Shown here in pieces: positions 25,516 to 34,850 of a DNA stretch of 64,000 nucleotides (positions are counted from its first letter, which is position 1; every line of letters starts with the position of its first letter). The translations under genes were made by a program, and so were the position numbers. Location: contig CAZVXL010000003.1 of NCBI GenBank assembly GCA_964631595.1, forward strand, positions 9,341 to 73,340, written 5' to 3'. The notes under the pieces were generated by a model, which made no database searches, was not told the DNA's origin, and saw nothing but the letters and a program-made list of their open reading frames with translations. The DNA comes from an uncultured Lachnospiraceae bacterium (GTDB lineage Bacteria; Bacillota; Clostridia; Oscillospirales; CAG-272).

Positions 25516-25706
25516 TATACATTACACAGTATTTACGACCGAATACAGTGGCTTTTGAAAGCCGCTTCCCTTTCATGGCGGATCCATGGTGCTTTTATGT
25601 ATCAGTCACAGCGGATCGTTATTTTACAGCTATCCGATATTTTGTTTATCCGGGCGGCTGTCATACACGCTTGGAATTTACTGAGTGCGGGTGTGTACAC
25701 GATGCT

Positions 25707-25868
25707 TTAGTCGTCCATCTCGGCATTCTCTGCCGGAGCCTCAAGTCCTTTCCGGATCTCATCGCAAAGCGATTTCATCCACCGAAGGTGGATTTCTTCC
25801 GCAAAGCCATCGTTTCCCCCGTTCGCAAACGCCGACGTATTTGCTTCGCAAATCCGTGCGGTTCTCAT
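25707..25868 (-). CDS. small hypothetical ORF (53 aa), function unknown
   Basis: My translation is MRTARICEANTSAFANGGNDGFAEEIHLRWMKSLCDEIRKGLEAPAENAEMDD. A GAAGGA RBS lies about 11 nt upstream. The ORF is below the size cut-off of the track and has no recognisable family. Confidence 0.3.
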   Translation of the reverse strand: MRTARICEANTSAFANGGNDGFAEEIHLRWMKSLCDEIRKGLEAPAENAEMDD

Positions 25869-25924
25869 CTACTTATATTCCTTCAATAAACAAAACCACC
25901 CTATGGGTGGTTTTGTTTATTGAA

Positions 25925-25995
25925 GGAGACAACCGGAATCTGAACCACTTCCGCGGTGAGGTTTTTGCAAAATATTACCTATGCCTATCGCGGAA
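25925..25995 (-). pseudogene. decayed tRNA-Val-like remnant
   Basis: The minus strand reads GATAGGCATAGGTAATATTTTGCAAAAACCTCACCGCGGAAGTGGTTCAGATTCCGGTTGTCTCCTTCA. It shares the 5-prime GGCATAG and the 3-prime GGTTC(A)GATTCC(G)GTTGTCTCC with the intact tRNA-Val 150 nt away. It lacks D and anticodon arms and the CCA. Confidence 0.45.
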
Positions 25996-26044
25996 GATAT
26001 CCTTTGCTTCGCAAAGGAGCCGGTTCGTTCGACTCAGCTTCGTC

Positions 26045-26077
26045 AAACAACAAAGCCCGCCATAGGCGGGCTTTGTT
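26045..26077 (-). terminator. hairpin/terminator just 3-prime of tRNA-Val
   Basis: A 13-bp stem (aacaaagcccgcc / ggcgggctttgtt, 26049-26061 and 26065-26077) is followed on the minus strand by a U-rich GUUUG. Confidence 0.55.
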
Positions 26078-26080
26078 ATT

Positions 26081-26157
26081 TGGTGGAGACAACTGGAATC
26101 GAACCAGTGACCTCTTGCATGTCAAGCAAGCACTCTAACCAGCTGAGCTATGCCTCC
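26081..26157 (-). tRNA. tRNA-Val (anticodon GAC)
   Basis: The minus strand reads GGAGGCATAGCTCAGCTGGTTAGAGTGCTTGCTTGACATGCAAGAGGTCACTGGTTCGATTCCAGTTGTCTCCACCA. It folds by hand into a full cloverleaf with a 7-bp acceptor stem. The anticodon stem is CTTGC/GCAAG with loop TTGACAT, the T-arm is ACTGG-TTCGATT-CCAGT, and the CCA is encoded. Confidence 0.95.
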
Positions 26158-26229
26158 GTTTACAGCGGATCTCTCCGCTGTTTATTATTTTACCATATTA
26201 CAGATCAAATTGCAACAGTTTTTGCAAAT

Positions 26230-27444
26230 TTATCTGCCTAATTTATCCTTTTGCTTTTCGGGAATGCTCGGCGCATCGGTGCCAGTGAGAAATCTGTAAG
26301 CATCGTTATATCTCCTCGCCGCCGAGGGGTCGGGATCTCCCGACAGGCAGGCGCGAAGCATCACATTCTTCGGCGTATCCTCGGGATCGGTAAATTCCAC
26401 GGCATCCGCCCTGTATCCGGCGGCTCTCAGCCTGAGAAGTCTCAGAGCATCTGTTGCCGCAGAGCAGAGCTTTTGCTTCAAAACAGAGCTCTCGGCAATA
26501 AAATCAAGCTCACCGCAATCAAATAGCTCCGACAGCTCTCTGTGACAGCACGGTGTGGACAACACCGTCAGCGCGCCGCTCCGTATCGCAAAATCAAGCA
26601 CGATATCCGTTGCCGTATCGCAGGCATGAAGCGACACTACCATATGCGGCGGCTCGTCCACAGAGAAATTAGAAATATCCTCACAGAAAAAGCTCATTCC
26701 GTCGAAGCCGCAAGCCTTCGCCGCGGCAGCCGTATCCTCAATGACGCTCTTTTTCAGATCGACGCATACCATTCTGCACTGCTTACCCAGCAGCTCCGTA
26801 ACGGCATAGTACAGGGCAAAGCTGAGGTAGCTTTTTCCGCAGCACATATCCGCTACTCTGATCTCGTCATCGGTTACCTTCCGAAGCTGATCGACGGCGT
26901 ATTCGGCAAAACGATTTATCTGGCGGAATTTCGCGCGCCGCTTATCGTGGACTCTGCCGTTTTTATCCGATATTCCGAGGATCGCGAGAAACGGTGCATC
27001 CTCGGGGATCATATAATTCTTTTCTCTGTTATTCCCGCGGATCTCGGAGACGTTGCCCGCATTCTTCACAAGCTCATCAAAGTTCCGAGGGCAAAGCAGG
27101 GCCTCCTTTCCCTTCTTCGACACCAGAAGTGATGCCGTGCCTCCCTCGACATACAGCTCGATCCTTGCAAAGCCCAGCTCTGTCAGCTCAAGAAGCCTTG
27201 CGGCAACTCCGCCGTCTTCGACCGGAACATTCTCGTGGCGCAGTCTGCCCTCCGTAAGTCCGTATTCAAGCTGGAGCACGCGCGCTCCGCCGATGAGACG
27301 AAGCTCACCTCTGATCCTTCGTATCTCATTCTCCTTCGATCTCGGGGAGGAGAACGTAATGCAACGGAGCGAGCCACAGGTCGCCGCTCTCTCCGCATAT
27401 TCGGCAAGCAGTGCTTTATTCTCCATCTCCGTCCTCATCCTCAT
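26230..27444 (-). CDS. SAM-dependent methyltransferase (class I fold, substrate unknown)
   Basis: The sequences VADMCCGKSYLSFALYY and VVSLHACDTATD are typical of a methyltransferase-domain family. The likely start is the ATG at 27426 (MENKALL), overlapping the plsY stop. Confidence 0.65.
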   Translation of the reverse strand: MRMRTEMENKALLAEYAERAATCGSLRCITFSSPRSKENEIRRIRGELRLIGGARVLQLEYGLTEGRLRHENVPVEDGGVAARLLELTELGFARIELYVEGGTASLLVSKKGKEALLCPRNFDELVKNAGNVSEIRGNNREKNYMIPEDAPFLAILGISDKNGRVHDKRRAKFRQINRFAEYAVDQLRKVTDDEIRVADMCCGKSYLSFALYYAVTELLGKQCRMVCVDLKKSVIEDTAAAAKACGFDGMSFFCEDISNFSVDEPPHMVVSLHACDTATDIVLDFAIRSGALTVLSTPCCHRELSELFDCGELDFIAESSVLKQKLCSAATDALRLLRLRAAGYRADAVEFTDPEDTPKNVMLRACLSGDPDPSAARRYNDAYRFLTGTDAPSIPEKQKDKLGR

Positions 27445-28147
27445 TCTTTTTTTTCTTAAAGGAGACCTTTGATTCCGTGCCGTTATATATCCTCTTAATA
27501 TTGGCGCGGTGCAGATATATGCCGAGAGCCGCCATCATAAAGGCAGGCAGCACCACTATGCTCGGCATACGTCCCTCATTCATGCGGGACAGGAGCAGAG
27601 GGAAAAGGAAAAACACGGTGACCGAGCCGAGTGAGATAAACTTTGTCCACCAAACGATCAGAGCAAACACCGCAATGAGTATCAGAAAAAGGCGCCAATC
27701 AAGGATAAACACGGCTCCCGCACTGACAGCCACGCCCTTTCCGCCCTTAAATCCGTAAAAGCAGGGGAAAGCGTGTCCGAGCATACAGGCGAATGCGGCG
27801 GTATATCCGCCGATACCGCCGAGAACGCATATACCGAGGGCGGTCGCTATCGCCGCCTTGAGAAAATCTCCGATAAAGGTAAACAGCGCGGTCTTTGTGC
27901 CGTATGTACGGAGCATATTGGTGGCTCCGGCGTTTCCGCTTCCCTTTGTCCGTATATCCTCATGGTATTTACCGTTTGAAATAATGATGCCGAAATTCAG
28001 GCACCCGATAAAGTACGCCGCGACAGCGCACGCAAGCATGAGTGCAAGAAATACCGCATAATATACAGCCGCATTGTCGGCAATGCTGCTTGTGTTGTAG
28101 AGAAATCTGCCCGCAAATCCGCTGTAAATTATCTCATAATAGGTCAT
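27416..28147 (-). CDS. plsY: glycerol-3-phosphate acyltransferase PlsY
   Basis: The protein is polytopic and carries the GSGNAGATN motif. It has an acidic C-terminal tail. Confidence 0.85.
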   Translation of the reverse strand: MTYYEIIYSGFAGRFLYNTSSIADNAAVYYAVFLALMLACAVAAYFIGCLNFGIIISNGKYHEDIRTKGSGNAGATNMLRTYGTKTALFTFIGDFLKAAIATALGICVLGGIGGYTAAFACMLGHAFPCFYGFKGGKGVAVSAGAVFILDWRLFLILIAVFALIVWWTKFISLGSVTVFFLFPLLLSRMNEGRMPSIVVLPAFMMAALGIYLHRANIKRIYNGTESKVSFKKKKNEDEDGDGE

Positions 28148-28182
28148 ATTAGCAGAATAGCCCCCTTAAATTATAGGAATGA

Positions 28183-29532
28183 TCACTTTTCGCCGTCGTC
28201 GCCCTTCTGGCGGACGATGAGCCTTATCGGAGTACCTCTGAAGCCGAAGGTGGTCCTGAGGCAATTTTCCAGATACCGCTGGTACGAGAAATGGAACAGC
28301 TCGGCGCTGTTACAGAAGGTGACAAAGGTCGGCGGTGCAACGGCGGTCTGTGTCATATAGTAGATCTTCAGTCTGCGACCCTTATCCGACGGCGGCTGTA
28401 CTCTTGCCACGGCATCGGCAAGCACGTCGTTGAGCATTCCCGTGGAAATACGCAGCAGCGACTGCTGATGCACATAATTGATATGCTCGAAAAGCTTCGG
28501 CAAGCGCTGACCCGTTTTTGCCGATACAAAAAGTATCGGGGCATAGGTCATATATCCGAGTGCGTTGTACACATTTTTCGTAAAGCTGTTCACGGTGGAG
28601 TTATCCTTATCCACCAGATCCCACTTATTTACGACGATTATCGACGGCTTTCCCGCCTCATGCGCTATTCCCGCTATCTTTTCATCCTGCTCCGTGATAC
28701 CGACGGAGGCATCTATCATGATAACGCACACGTCGGCACGCTCGACAGCCATCTTCGCACGAAGAACGCTGTACTTCTCGATTCTGTCCTCCACCCTGCT
28801 CTGCCGTCTGATTCCGGCAGTATCAATGAAGCAGTATTTTCCGAATTCGTTATCGCACACCGTGTCGATGGCATCGCGCGTCGTTCCGGCGATATCGGAA
28901 ACGATGAGCCTGTCATCACCGATTATCTTATTTATAATGGAGGATTTTCCGGCATTGGGCTTGCCGATCACTGCAACCTTCACGCGGTCGTCGTCCTCTT
29001 CATGCTCATCCGCCTCGGGCAGTGCGTCTATCACCGCATCAAGCACATCTCCCGAGCCGCTTCCGTGAAGTGCCGACAGCGCTATCGGATCCGTCTTGAA
29101 GCCCAGCTCGTAAAACTCGTAAAACTCGGGTGCCACCGTACCTATCCTGTCGGATTTGTTTATGCACGGGATAACGGGCTTTCCGCTCTTTTTGAGCATT
29201 ACGGCAATATCAAGATCATCCGCGACAAGCCCCGCGCGTATATCGCACATAAACAGGATAACGTCTGCTGTATCTATTGCGATCTGCGCCTGTGCCCTCA
29301 TCTTCTTCAAAATGAGATCGTCTGTCTTGGGCTCTATTCCGCCGGTATCTATCACGGCGAAATGTCTGCCGCGCCACTCGGTCTCTCCGTATATTCTGTC
29401 CCTCGTTATTCCGGGGGTATCCTCAACTATAGCGCGTCTCTCACCGACAAGCTTATTGAAAAGCGTCGATTTACCCACGTTGGGGCGACCCACTATGGCA
29501 ATTACCTGCTTTGACATTTTTATACCTCTCAA
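28183..29532 (-). CDS. der: ribosome-associated GTPase Der/EngA
   Basis: It has two tandem GTPase domains (GRPNVGKSTLFN and GKPNAGKSSIIN, with DTGG/DTAG motifs) plus a KH-like C-terminus. The probable start is the ATG at 29517 (MSKQVIAIVG). Confidence 0.95.
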   Translation of the reverse strand: MRGIKMSKQVIAIVGRPNVGKSTLFNKLVGERRAIVEDTPGITRDRIYGETEWRGRHFAVIDTGGIEPKTDDLILKKMRAQAQIAIDTADVILFMCDIRAGLVADDLDIAVMLKKSGKPVIPCINKSDRIGTVAPEFYEFYELGFKTDPIALSALHGSGSGDVLDAVIDALPEADEHEEDDDRVKVAVIGKPNAGKSSIINKIIGDDRLIVSDIAGTTRDAIDTVCDNEFGKYCFIDTAGIRRQSRVEDRIEKYSVLRAKMAVERADVCVIMIDASVGITEQDEKIAGIAHEAGKPSIIVVNKWDLVDKDNSTVNSFTKNVYNALGYMTYAPILFVSAKTGQRLPKLFEHINYVHQQSLLRISTGMLNDVLADAVARVQPPSDKGRRLKIYYMTQTAVAPPTFVTFCNSAELFHFSYQRYLENCLRTTFGFRGTPIRLIVRQKGDDGEK

Positions 29533-30356
29533 TCACCTGCCGCCAAAAGTCTTGCGGCATCGTTTATCATATTCCCCGCCTCGGAAAGAGGAAGCTCAAA
29601 GCCGGCATAGCCGCCGAGCACATTCGGAAGCTCCGCCAGCACACCGAGGCAGTCCTCTGTAAAGTAGATGCTCGGGAATATCCCGTAATCCCTTCTCCAG
29701 CCTCCGGTCATATCCTCGGCTGTGATCTCACCGAGCACTCCCGGAGTACCGAGCCTCTGCACAAACCGTCCGTCGGCTATCGCGGGGCCGATAGCCTCAA
29801 GCTCATCTATCAGCTCATCCGAGGCGTAAATTCTGCCGGTTCTCGGATCCGCATTGACCGAATACGCAAAGCCGCTCTCGTTTGCGGAGACAGTGTTTAT
29901 TATATGCCCCGTCAGCACCGCGGAAACAAGTGTGGCGGACTCATGGGTTATAAGGCAAGCCGTTATCTCATACACCGAGTTCTCATCGGAGACCGCTCCG
30001 CTGTCGGACAGCTTATTTACGGCATAGCTGTGCATACTGATATCAAACAGCTCATGCTCGCCGTCGCCGTAGCGCGGATACATGAGCGTGACCGAGCATT
30101 CTCCTCGAACAAAGCTCTCCGTATACGGTGAGAGATGAGAGCCGTTTTCCGACGGCTCGGCTTCCGTCTGCCGTACCGTCTCACTCTCGGACACGGGAGA
30201 TGTCGACGTATCGGCAAGAGTGATCCCCGAGGTCTTCTCATTGCTCTTTTCCGTCGATGCTCCGTCGGAGCGGCTCTTTCGTGAGCATCCTACAGCACCC
30301 GTCAGGGCAAGCGCCAAAACAACAAACGCCGCCGTCGCTTTTACATATGATCTCAT
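29529..30356 (-). CDS. putative lipoprotein, function unknown
   Basis: A signal peptide with a lipobox-like LTGAVGC is followed by an S/T/E-rich linker. Confidence 0.55.
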   Translation of the reverse strand: MRSYVKATAAFVVLALALTGAVGCSRKSRSDGASTEKSNEKTSGITLADTSTSPVSESETVRQTEAEPSENGSHLSPYTESFVRGECSVTLMYPRYGDGEHELFDISMHSYAVNKLSDSGAVSDENSVYEITACLITHESATLVSAVLTGHIINTVSANESGFAYSVNADPRTGRIYASDELIDELEAIGPAIADGRFVQRLGTPGVLGEITAEDMTGGWRRDYGIFPSIYFTEDCLGVLAELPNVLGGYAGFELPLSEAGNMINDAARLLAAGD

Positions 30357-30368
30357 ACCTTTCTCCTT

Positions 30369-31697
30369 TCACTCGATCCCGAGAACGGAATACAAAAAGT
30401 CGGCACCGTCATTATCGGTGAACACGATAGGCACGCCGAGCTTCTCGGACAGCTCCGACGGCGTCATGCCGCACAGGAAAAGATCGCCCTCGCTTCTCAG
30501 CATTGATGAGGAAAGAAGAAGTCTCTCTCCGAGGGGCTCTCCGCCGAGCTGCTCCGCAAGATCCTTTCCGGTAAGGAGTCCCGTAACGGTTATTCCTCCG
30601 CCGAAGAAGCGATTCTCTATTTTATAGACCCTGCATTTTACTCTCTTGCATACGGAGCATATTTTTTCGACCTCGCGGCAAATGAACTCATACGCCGCCT
30701 CGCCCGTGGCGATAGACACATCCGCCTTTGTCTCAAGCTCATCCTCATACAGCGTCGGCAAAGCAAGGCTGAGCTCGGAATCAAACGACGAGAGCATTCC
30801 CACGCCGTTCTCTATCTGCGTATATTCTCCCCAAAATTCGGGCGGCGGTATCGGTGTGCCGGATTTCACGTAAAGCTCATCCGCCGCATAAAATATGCGC
30901 TCGCCGTGACGTTCAAGGCAGCCGTCGGAATACTCCGTGACCTGGCGTATGATCTCGGCGCACTCCTCCGGAGTGTATTCCTCAAGAGGATAGAGCCCTC
31001 GGCGGTATCGCGTGATCCCCGCCGGAACGACCGACACGCTGTCCATCGCAGGATACAGCAGCTCCAGCTCCTCAAGCGATCGTCTCAGCTCATCTCCGTC
31101 ATTGACGTTTTTGCAGAGCACTATCTGCCCGCGGAGCTTTATCCCCGCATCGGCAAGAAGCCTCAGATATGACAGCACCTCTCCGGCGCGCTTGTTCTTC
31201 ATCATCTTGACGCGCAGCTCCGGATTGGTCGTGTGCACCGACACGTTAACCGGTGAGATACGCATCTCGATTATTCTGTCTATATCGCGTCTTTCAAGAT
31301 TTGTGAGAGTTATATAATTCCCGTGAAGGAACGAGAGGCGAGAGTCGTCATCCTTGAAGTACAGGCTCTCCCTAAGACCCTCGGGAAGCTGATCTATAAA
31401 GCAGAATATACACTTGTTCTCGCATCTGTGCTTTTTATCCATGAGAGGGGTTTCAAACTCAAGCCCGATGTCATCGTACATTGCCTTGACGATATGCACC
31501 GTATACTGCTCCTCGCCGCGAAGCAGAAGAAGCTCGACAGACTCCTCGGCAAGATAAAATCTGTAATCTATAACATCGGACACCGTATGTCCGTTGATGC
31601 TGACAAGCACATCTCCCGCGGCTATTCCCTTCTTCGCCGCTCTTGAGCCCGAATACACATCGGTTATGCTGACCACGCCGTCACCTCCCACGCACAC
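30369..31697 (-). CDS. PDZ-domain / radical-SAM-like DUF512-type protein
   Basis: The N-terminus is PDZ-like (GIAAGDVLVSINGHTV). A CxxxCxxC cluster (CENKCIFC) follows. The position upstream of der matches what I recall for other Clostridia. Confidence 0.65.
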   Translation of the reverse strand: MCVGGDGVVSITDVYSGSRAAKKGIAAGDVLVSINGHTVSDVIDYRFYLAEESVELLLLRGEEQYTVHIVKAMYDDIGLEFETPLMDKKHRCENKCIFCFIDQLPEGLRESLYFKDDDSRLSFLHGNYITLTNLERRDIDRIIEMRISPVNVSVHTTNPELRVKMMKNKRAGEVLSYLRLLADAGIKLRGQIVLCKNVNDGDELRRSLEELELLYPAMDSVSVVPAGITRYRRGLYPLEEYTPEECAEIIRQVTEYSDGCLERHGERIFYAADELYVKSGTPIPPPEFWGEYTQIENGVGMLSSFDSELSLALPTLYEDELETKADVSIATGEAAYEFICREVEKICSVCKRVKCRVYKIENRFFGGGITVTGLLTGKDLAEQLGGEPLGERLLLSSSMLRSEGDLFLCGMTPSELSEKLGVPIVFTDNDGADFLYSVLGIE

Positions 31698-31842
31698 TTT
31701 TACATAATAATTATATCACGGTTTGCCGAAAATCGCAAGACAAAACCGCGCTCATTCAAAATTATCTTACAATTCGGAGACAGGAAAAGCCTCTGCATAA
31801 CTTCAAGCGCCGCGCCGCATAATAAATAAAAACGAACGGAGA

Positions 31843-32523
31843 GTGAAAATGGATATTTTATACGTTGCCCTCACCTCCCTGCTCTCGGCAATCGTGCTGT
31901 TTGCAACAACAAAGATCATGGGGCACAGGCAGATAGCTCAGCTCGGCTTTTTCGATTACATCACGGGGATAACCATCGGCTCGATCGCGGCAGAGCTTGC
32001 GACGGAGCTCGAGAAGCCGTGGAAGCCTCTTATCGCAATGCTCGTCTACGGTGCTGTCTCCGTTATTCTCAGCACATCATCGAAGAAGCTGCCGCGGCTG
32101 CGGAAATACATCAACGGCACTCCGACGGTGATAATGGACGGCGGCAAGCTGTACCGCAAAAGCATGAAGAAGGCAAAGCTTGAGCTTGGCGAATTTCTGA
32201 TGCTGTGCAGGCAGGCGGGGTACTTCCACCTTAACTCGGTGCAGACCGCGATCCTCGAATACAACGGCAAGCTCTCCGTTCTGCCGACCGCCGAGACGCA
32301 CCCGGTAACGCCGAAGGAGCTCGATATCAAGACAGAGCAGGACTCGCCGGAGACAGAGGTGATAATGGACGGGCGCATACTTGAGGACAATCTGAGGCGC
32401 ATGGGGTTCGATGTGACTTGGCTGAAGCGGCAGCTGAAGGAATCGGGCGGCGGCGACCCGAGGGACATTTTTCTTGCGACCTGCGACAAAAGCGGCAGGC
32501 TGTATATTTACAAGGCGGACTGA
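31843..32523 (+). CDS. YetF/DUF421-family membrane protein
   Basis: N-terminal TM helices and the motif FFDYITGITIGSIAAELA are present. The ATG at 31849 is the likely start, with a GGAGAG RBS. Confidence 0.65.
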   Translation: MKMDILYVALTSLLSAIVLFATTKIMGHRQIAQLGFFDYITGITIGSIAAELATELEKPWKPLIAMLVYGAVSVILSTSSKKLPRLRKYINGTPTVIMDGGKLYRKSMKKAKLELGEFLMLCRQAGYFHLNSVQTAILEYNGKLSVLPTAETHPVTPKELDIKTEQDSPETEVIMDGRILEDNLRRMGFDVTWLKRQLKESGGGDPRDIFLATCDKSGRLYIYKAD

Positions 32524-32768
32524 GACGTATTCGGCAGTCCGTCACGGCACGTTCCGCATGGGGCGGTCTGCCTCAAATAGGCTGTCATCATTACGGGGCA
32601 TATTTGCCCGCAAGCGCCGCTTTTGACGGCAAAAAGGCTCACCGCGCGGTGAGCCTTTTTTTGCTCCTTGTTCCGTCAACGAGAGCCTGAAGATGTCGCC
32701 CGACATAGCATCATCCCTTTACAAAAATCCCCCGAAGCCGTGCTTCGGGGGATCGTTTCATATTCGGA

Positions 32769-34850
32769 TCACTCGGCGTCCTCTGCCTCGAAATCGGCAT
32801 AGGTGGAGGGATCATCGGTGGAGTATACTGCGGGAGCGGCATCCTCATCGGAATCGTCGGAGTCCTCGGGGAGATCCTCATCGACTACAGCCGCAGGCTG
32901 CATAAGTGCTCTGATAGAGAGGCTGACCTTATGGCGGTCCTCATCAATATCGGTGATCATAGCCTCGACAGTCTGTCCGACGGAAAGAACCTCGTCGGGC
33001 TTGCCGATCTTGTGGTCGGTGATCTGGCTGATATGTATCAGGCCGTCAACACCGGGAACGATCTCGGCAAATGCTCCGAAGGGCATCAGGCTGACGATCT
33101 TGACCTCGGCAACGGAGTCGATGCCGTACTTATTTGTAAAGATGACCCAAGGATTGGTATCATCGGTCTTGTAGCCGAGAGAAATTCTTCTCTTTTCCTT
33201 ATCCACGCCCTTTACGAATACGTGGATGACCTCTCCGACCTTAACGACATCGGAGGGATGCTTGATGTGCTTCCAAGACAGCTCGGTCACGTGAACCATA
33301 CCGTCAACACCGCCGAGATCCACGAAAGCGCCGTAGCTTGTCAGGCTTCTTACCTCGCCGTCAAACTCCATGCCCTCCTCGATGGTGCTCCAGAAGGCCT
33401 CCTCCTTCGCCTTGCGCTCCTCTCTTGCAACAACGCGGATAGAAGCGTATGCCTTCTTGCGCTCGGACTTGATCTCAATGATCTTAACTCTCTGAGTTGT
33501 TCCGACAAGTGTGGAAAGATCACCGTCTCTCGGAATACCGGTGTGTGCTCCGGGGATAAATACGCGAACGGAGCTGAGAGAGATGATCACGCCGCCCTTA
33601 ACGGCTTCGACGATCTTACCCTCAAGGATATCGCCGTTTTCATATGCGGCAACGATCCTATCCCAGTTCTTATCGGAATCGACGCGCTTCTTGGAGAGAG
33701 TGGCGATTCCGTCCACATCGCTGACCTTAATGACAAAGGCCTCGATCTCGTCTCCCACCTTAAACATCTCGGACAGTGACGCAGAGGTATCATCGGTGAT
33801 CTGATCGTGTACGATAACACCGGTGGTCTTGGCGCCGAGATCAAGATGGATCTCGTTCTGTCCGATAGAAGTAACGGTACCGACAACTACGTCTCCTGTA
33901 TTTAATGTTTTCATTGATTGCTCGAGCATTTCTGCAAAGTTTTCAGTCATCTGCTCATTCATGGCTTTTTCTACCTCCTGTATTACACTGAACGGTGTCG
34001 ATGCACCGGCAGTAATCGAAATTTTATCGTTCGGACGAACGGTCACGCCCTCCATATGCGCGGCATCCTCGACAAGATACGTCCTCGGACACACGCCCGC
34101 ACATATTTCGTAAAGCTTCATCGTATTTGAGCTTCCGCGGCTTCCGATGACAAGCATGACGTCGGATCTTGCGGCAAGAGAATACGCTTCAAGCTGCCTT
34201 TCTTCCGTAACATTACATATTGTATCAAAAATCTGCGGATTTGTATATACTTTTTCGATAATTTCTAAACATTTTTTCCATTCGTTCAGATTTTGGGTCG
34301 TTTGTGCGGCTATCGAAACGGTTTTTTCGGCGGATCTCACGTATTCGTCGGAGGAAAGATACCTCATGAGCTCCTCCGAATCATTTACGACCACCCCGTT
34401 GCCCTCGGTACAGCTCATGATACCCATGACCTCGGGATGCTCCTTCGCACCGATGAGGATAAAGAGCTTACCCTCTCCGGAATTTTCTCCCGCAATACGT
34501 CTGACCTTATTCACATACGGGCAGGTGCAGTCAAGTATCCGCAACCCCTCATGCCGCTCGGCACACTCCCGAAGCTTCACAAGATTCTCTCTGACCTCAC
34601 CGTGTGCGCGTATGACCACGGTTATTCTCTGCCCCGCGGCGGCATCGGCGCAGATACGCTCTATATCGTCGCCCGACAGTTCCTCCACCCCGCGTCTGCG
34701 GAGATATTCGACATATCCGTCGTTATGGATAAGTCTTCCGAGAGTGCATATCCTGCCGTCCTTCTTTTCAAGGAGCTTTTCGATCTCATCCGTGGCGCGT
34801 CTCACACCGAAGCAAAAGCCCGCATGATCGGCGATATACACTCCGCTCAT
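32769..34850 (-). CDS. ispH: bifunctional 4-hydroxy-3-methylbut-2-enyl diphosphate reductase (IspH) / ribosomal protein S1 fusion
   Basis: The N-terminal AGFCFGVRRA, the further Cys motif LDCTCPYV and the later TICNVT are IspH-like. Four S1-type repeats (GxVxxxxxxGxxVDLG-like) and an acidic tail follow. Confidence 0.9.
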   Translation of the reverse strand: MSGVYIADHAGFCFGVRRATDEIEKLLEKKDGRICTLGRLIHNDGYVEYLRRRGVEELSGDDIERICADAAAGQRITVVIRAHGEVRENLVKLRECAERHEGLRILDCTCPYVNKVRRIAGENSGEGKLFILIGAKEHPEVMGIMSCTEGNGVVVNDSEELMRYLSSDEYVRSAEKTVSIAAQTTQNLNEWKKCLEIIEKVYTNPQIFDTICNVTEERQLEAYSLAARSDVMLVIGSRGSSNTMKLYEICAGVCPRTYLVEDAAHMEGVTVRPNDKISITAGASTPFSVIQEVEKAMNEQMTENFAEMLEQSMKTLNTGDVVVGTVTSIGQNEIHLDLGAKTTGVIVHDQITDDTSASLSEMFKVGDEIEAFVIKVSDVDGIATLSKKRVDSDKNWDRIVAAYENGDILEGKIVEAVKGGVIISLSSVRVFIPGAHTGIPRDGDLSTLVGTTQRVKIIEIKSERKKAYASIRVVAREERKAKEEAFWSTIEEGMEFDGEVRSLTSYGAFVDLGGVDGMVHVTELSWKHIKHPSDVVKVGEVIHVFVKGVDKEKRRISLGYKTDDTNPWVIFTNKYGIDSVAEVKIVSLMPFGAFAEIVPGVDGLIHISQITDHKIGKPDEVLSVGQTVEAMITDIDEDRHKVSLSIRALMQPAAVVDEDLPEDSDDSDEDAAPAVYSTDDPSTYADFEAEDAE

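Noticed and set aside
3440-25540. Calling the island a mobile element (ICE, prophage, transposon)
   Set aside because: I saw no integrase, recombinase, transposase, relaxase, capsid or terminase motifs in any frame. I found no convincing flanking direct repeat. The only shared string is a 7-mer CGAATAC near 3563 and 25541, which is too short to mean anything. The region is therefore reported as a finding, not as a mobile_element feature.
25548-26241. Plus-strand ORFs of 60-126 aa across the tRNA region
   Set aside because: They run through the tRNA-Val gene, its remnant and the terminator hairpins. They have no RBS or motifs.
28291-29514. 407-aa plus-strand ORF, and similar long ORFs at 26542-27132(+), 32931-33779(+), 36625-37440(+), 44204-45019(-), 45429-46229(-), 47528-48709(-), 49756-50604(-), 51288-52061(+), 59391-60221(+) and 61951-62811(+)
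   Set aside because: Each lies antisense to, or out of frame with, a gene that has strong family motifs (der, ispH-rpsA, asd, prfB, the LtaS-like gene and others). Their translations are low-complexity R/A/G/S-rich sequence, typical of shadow ORFs in GC-rich DNA.
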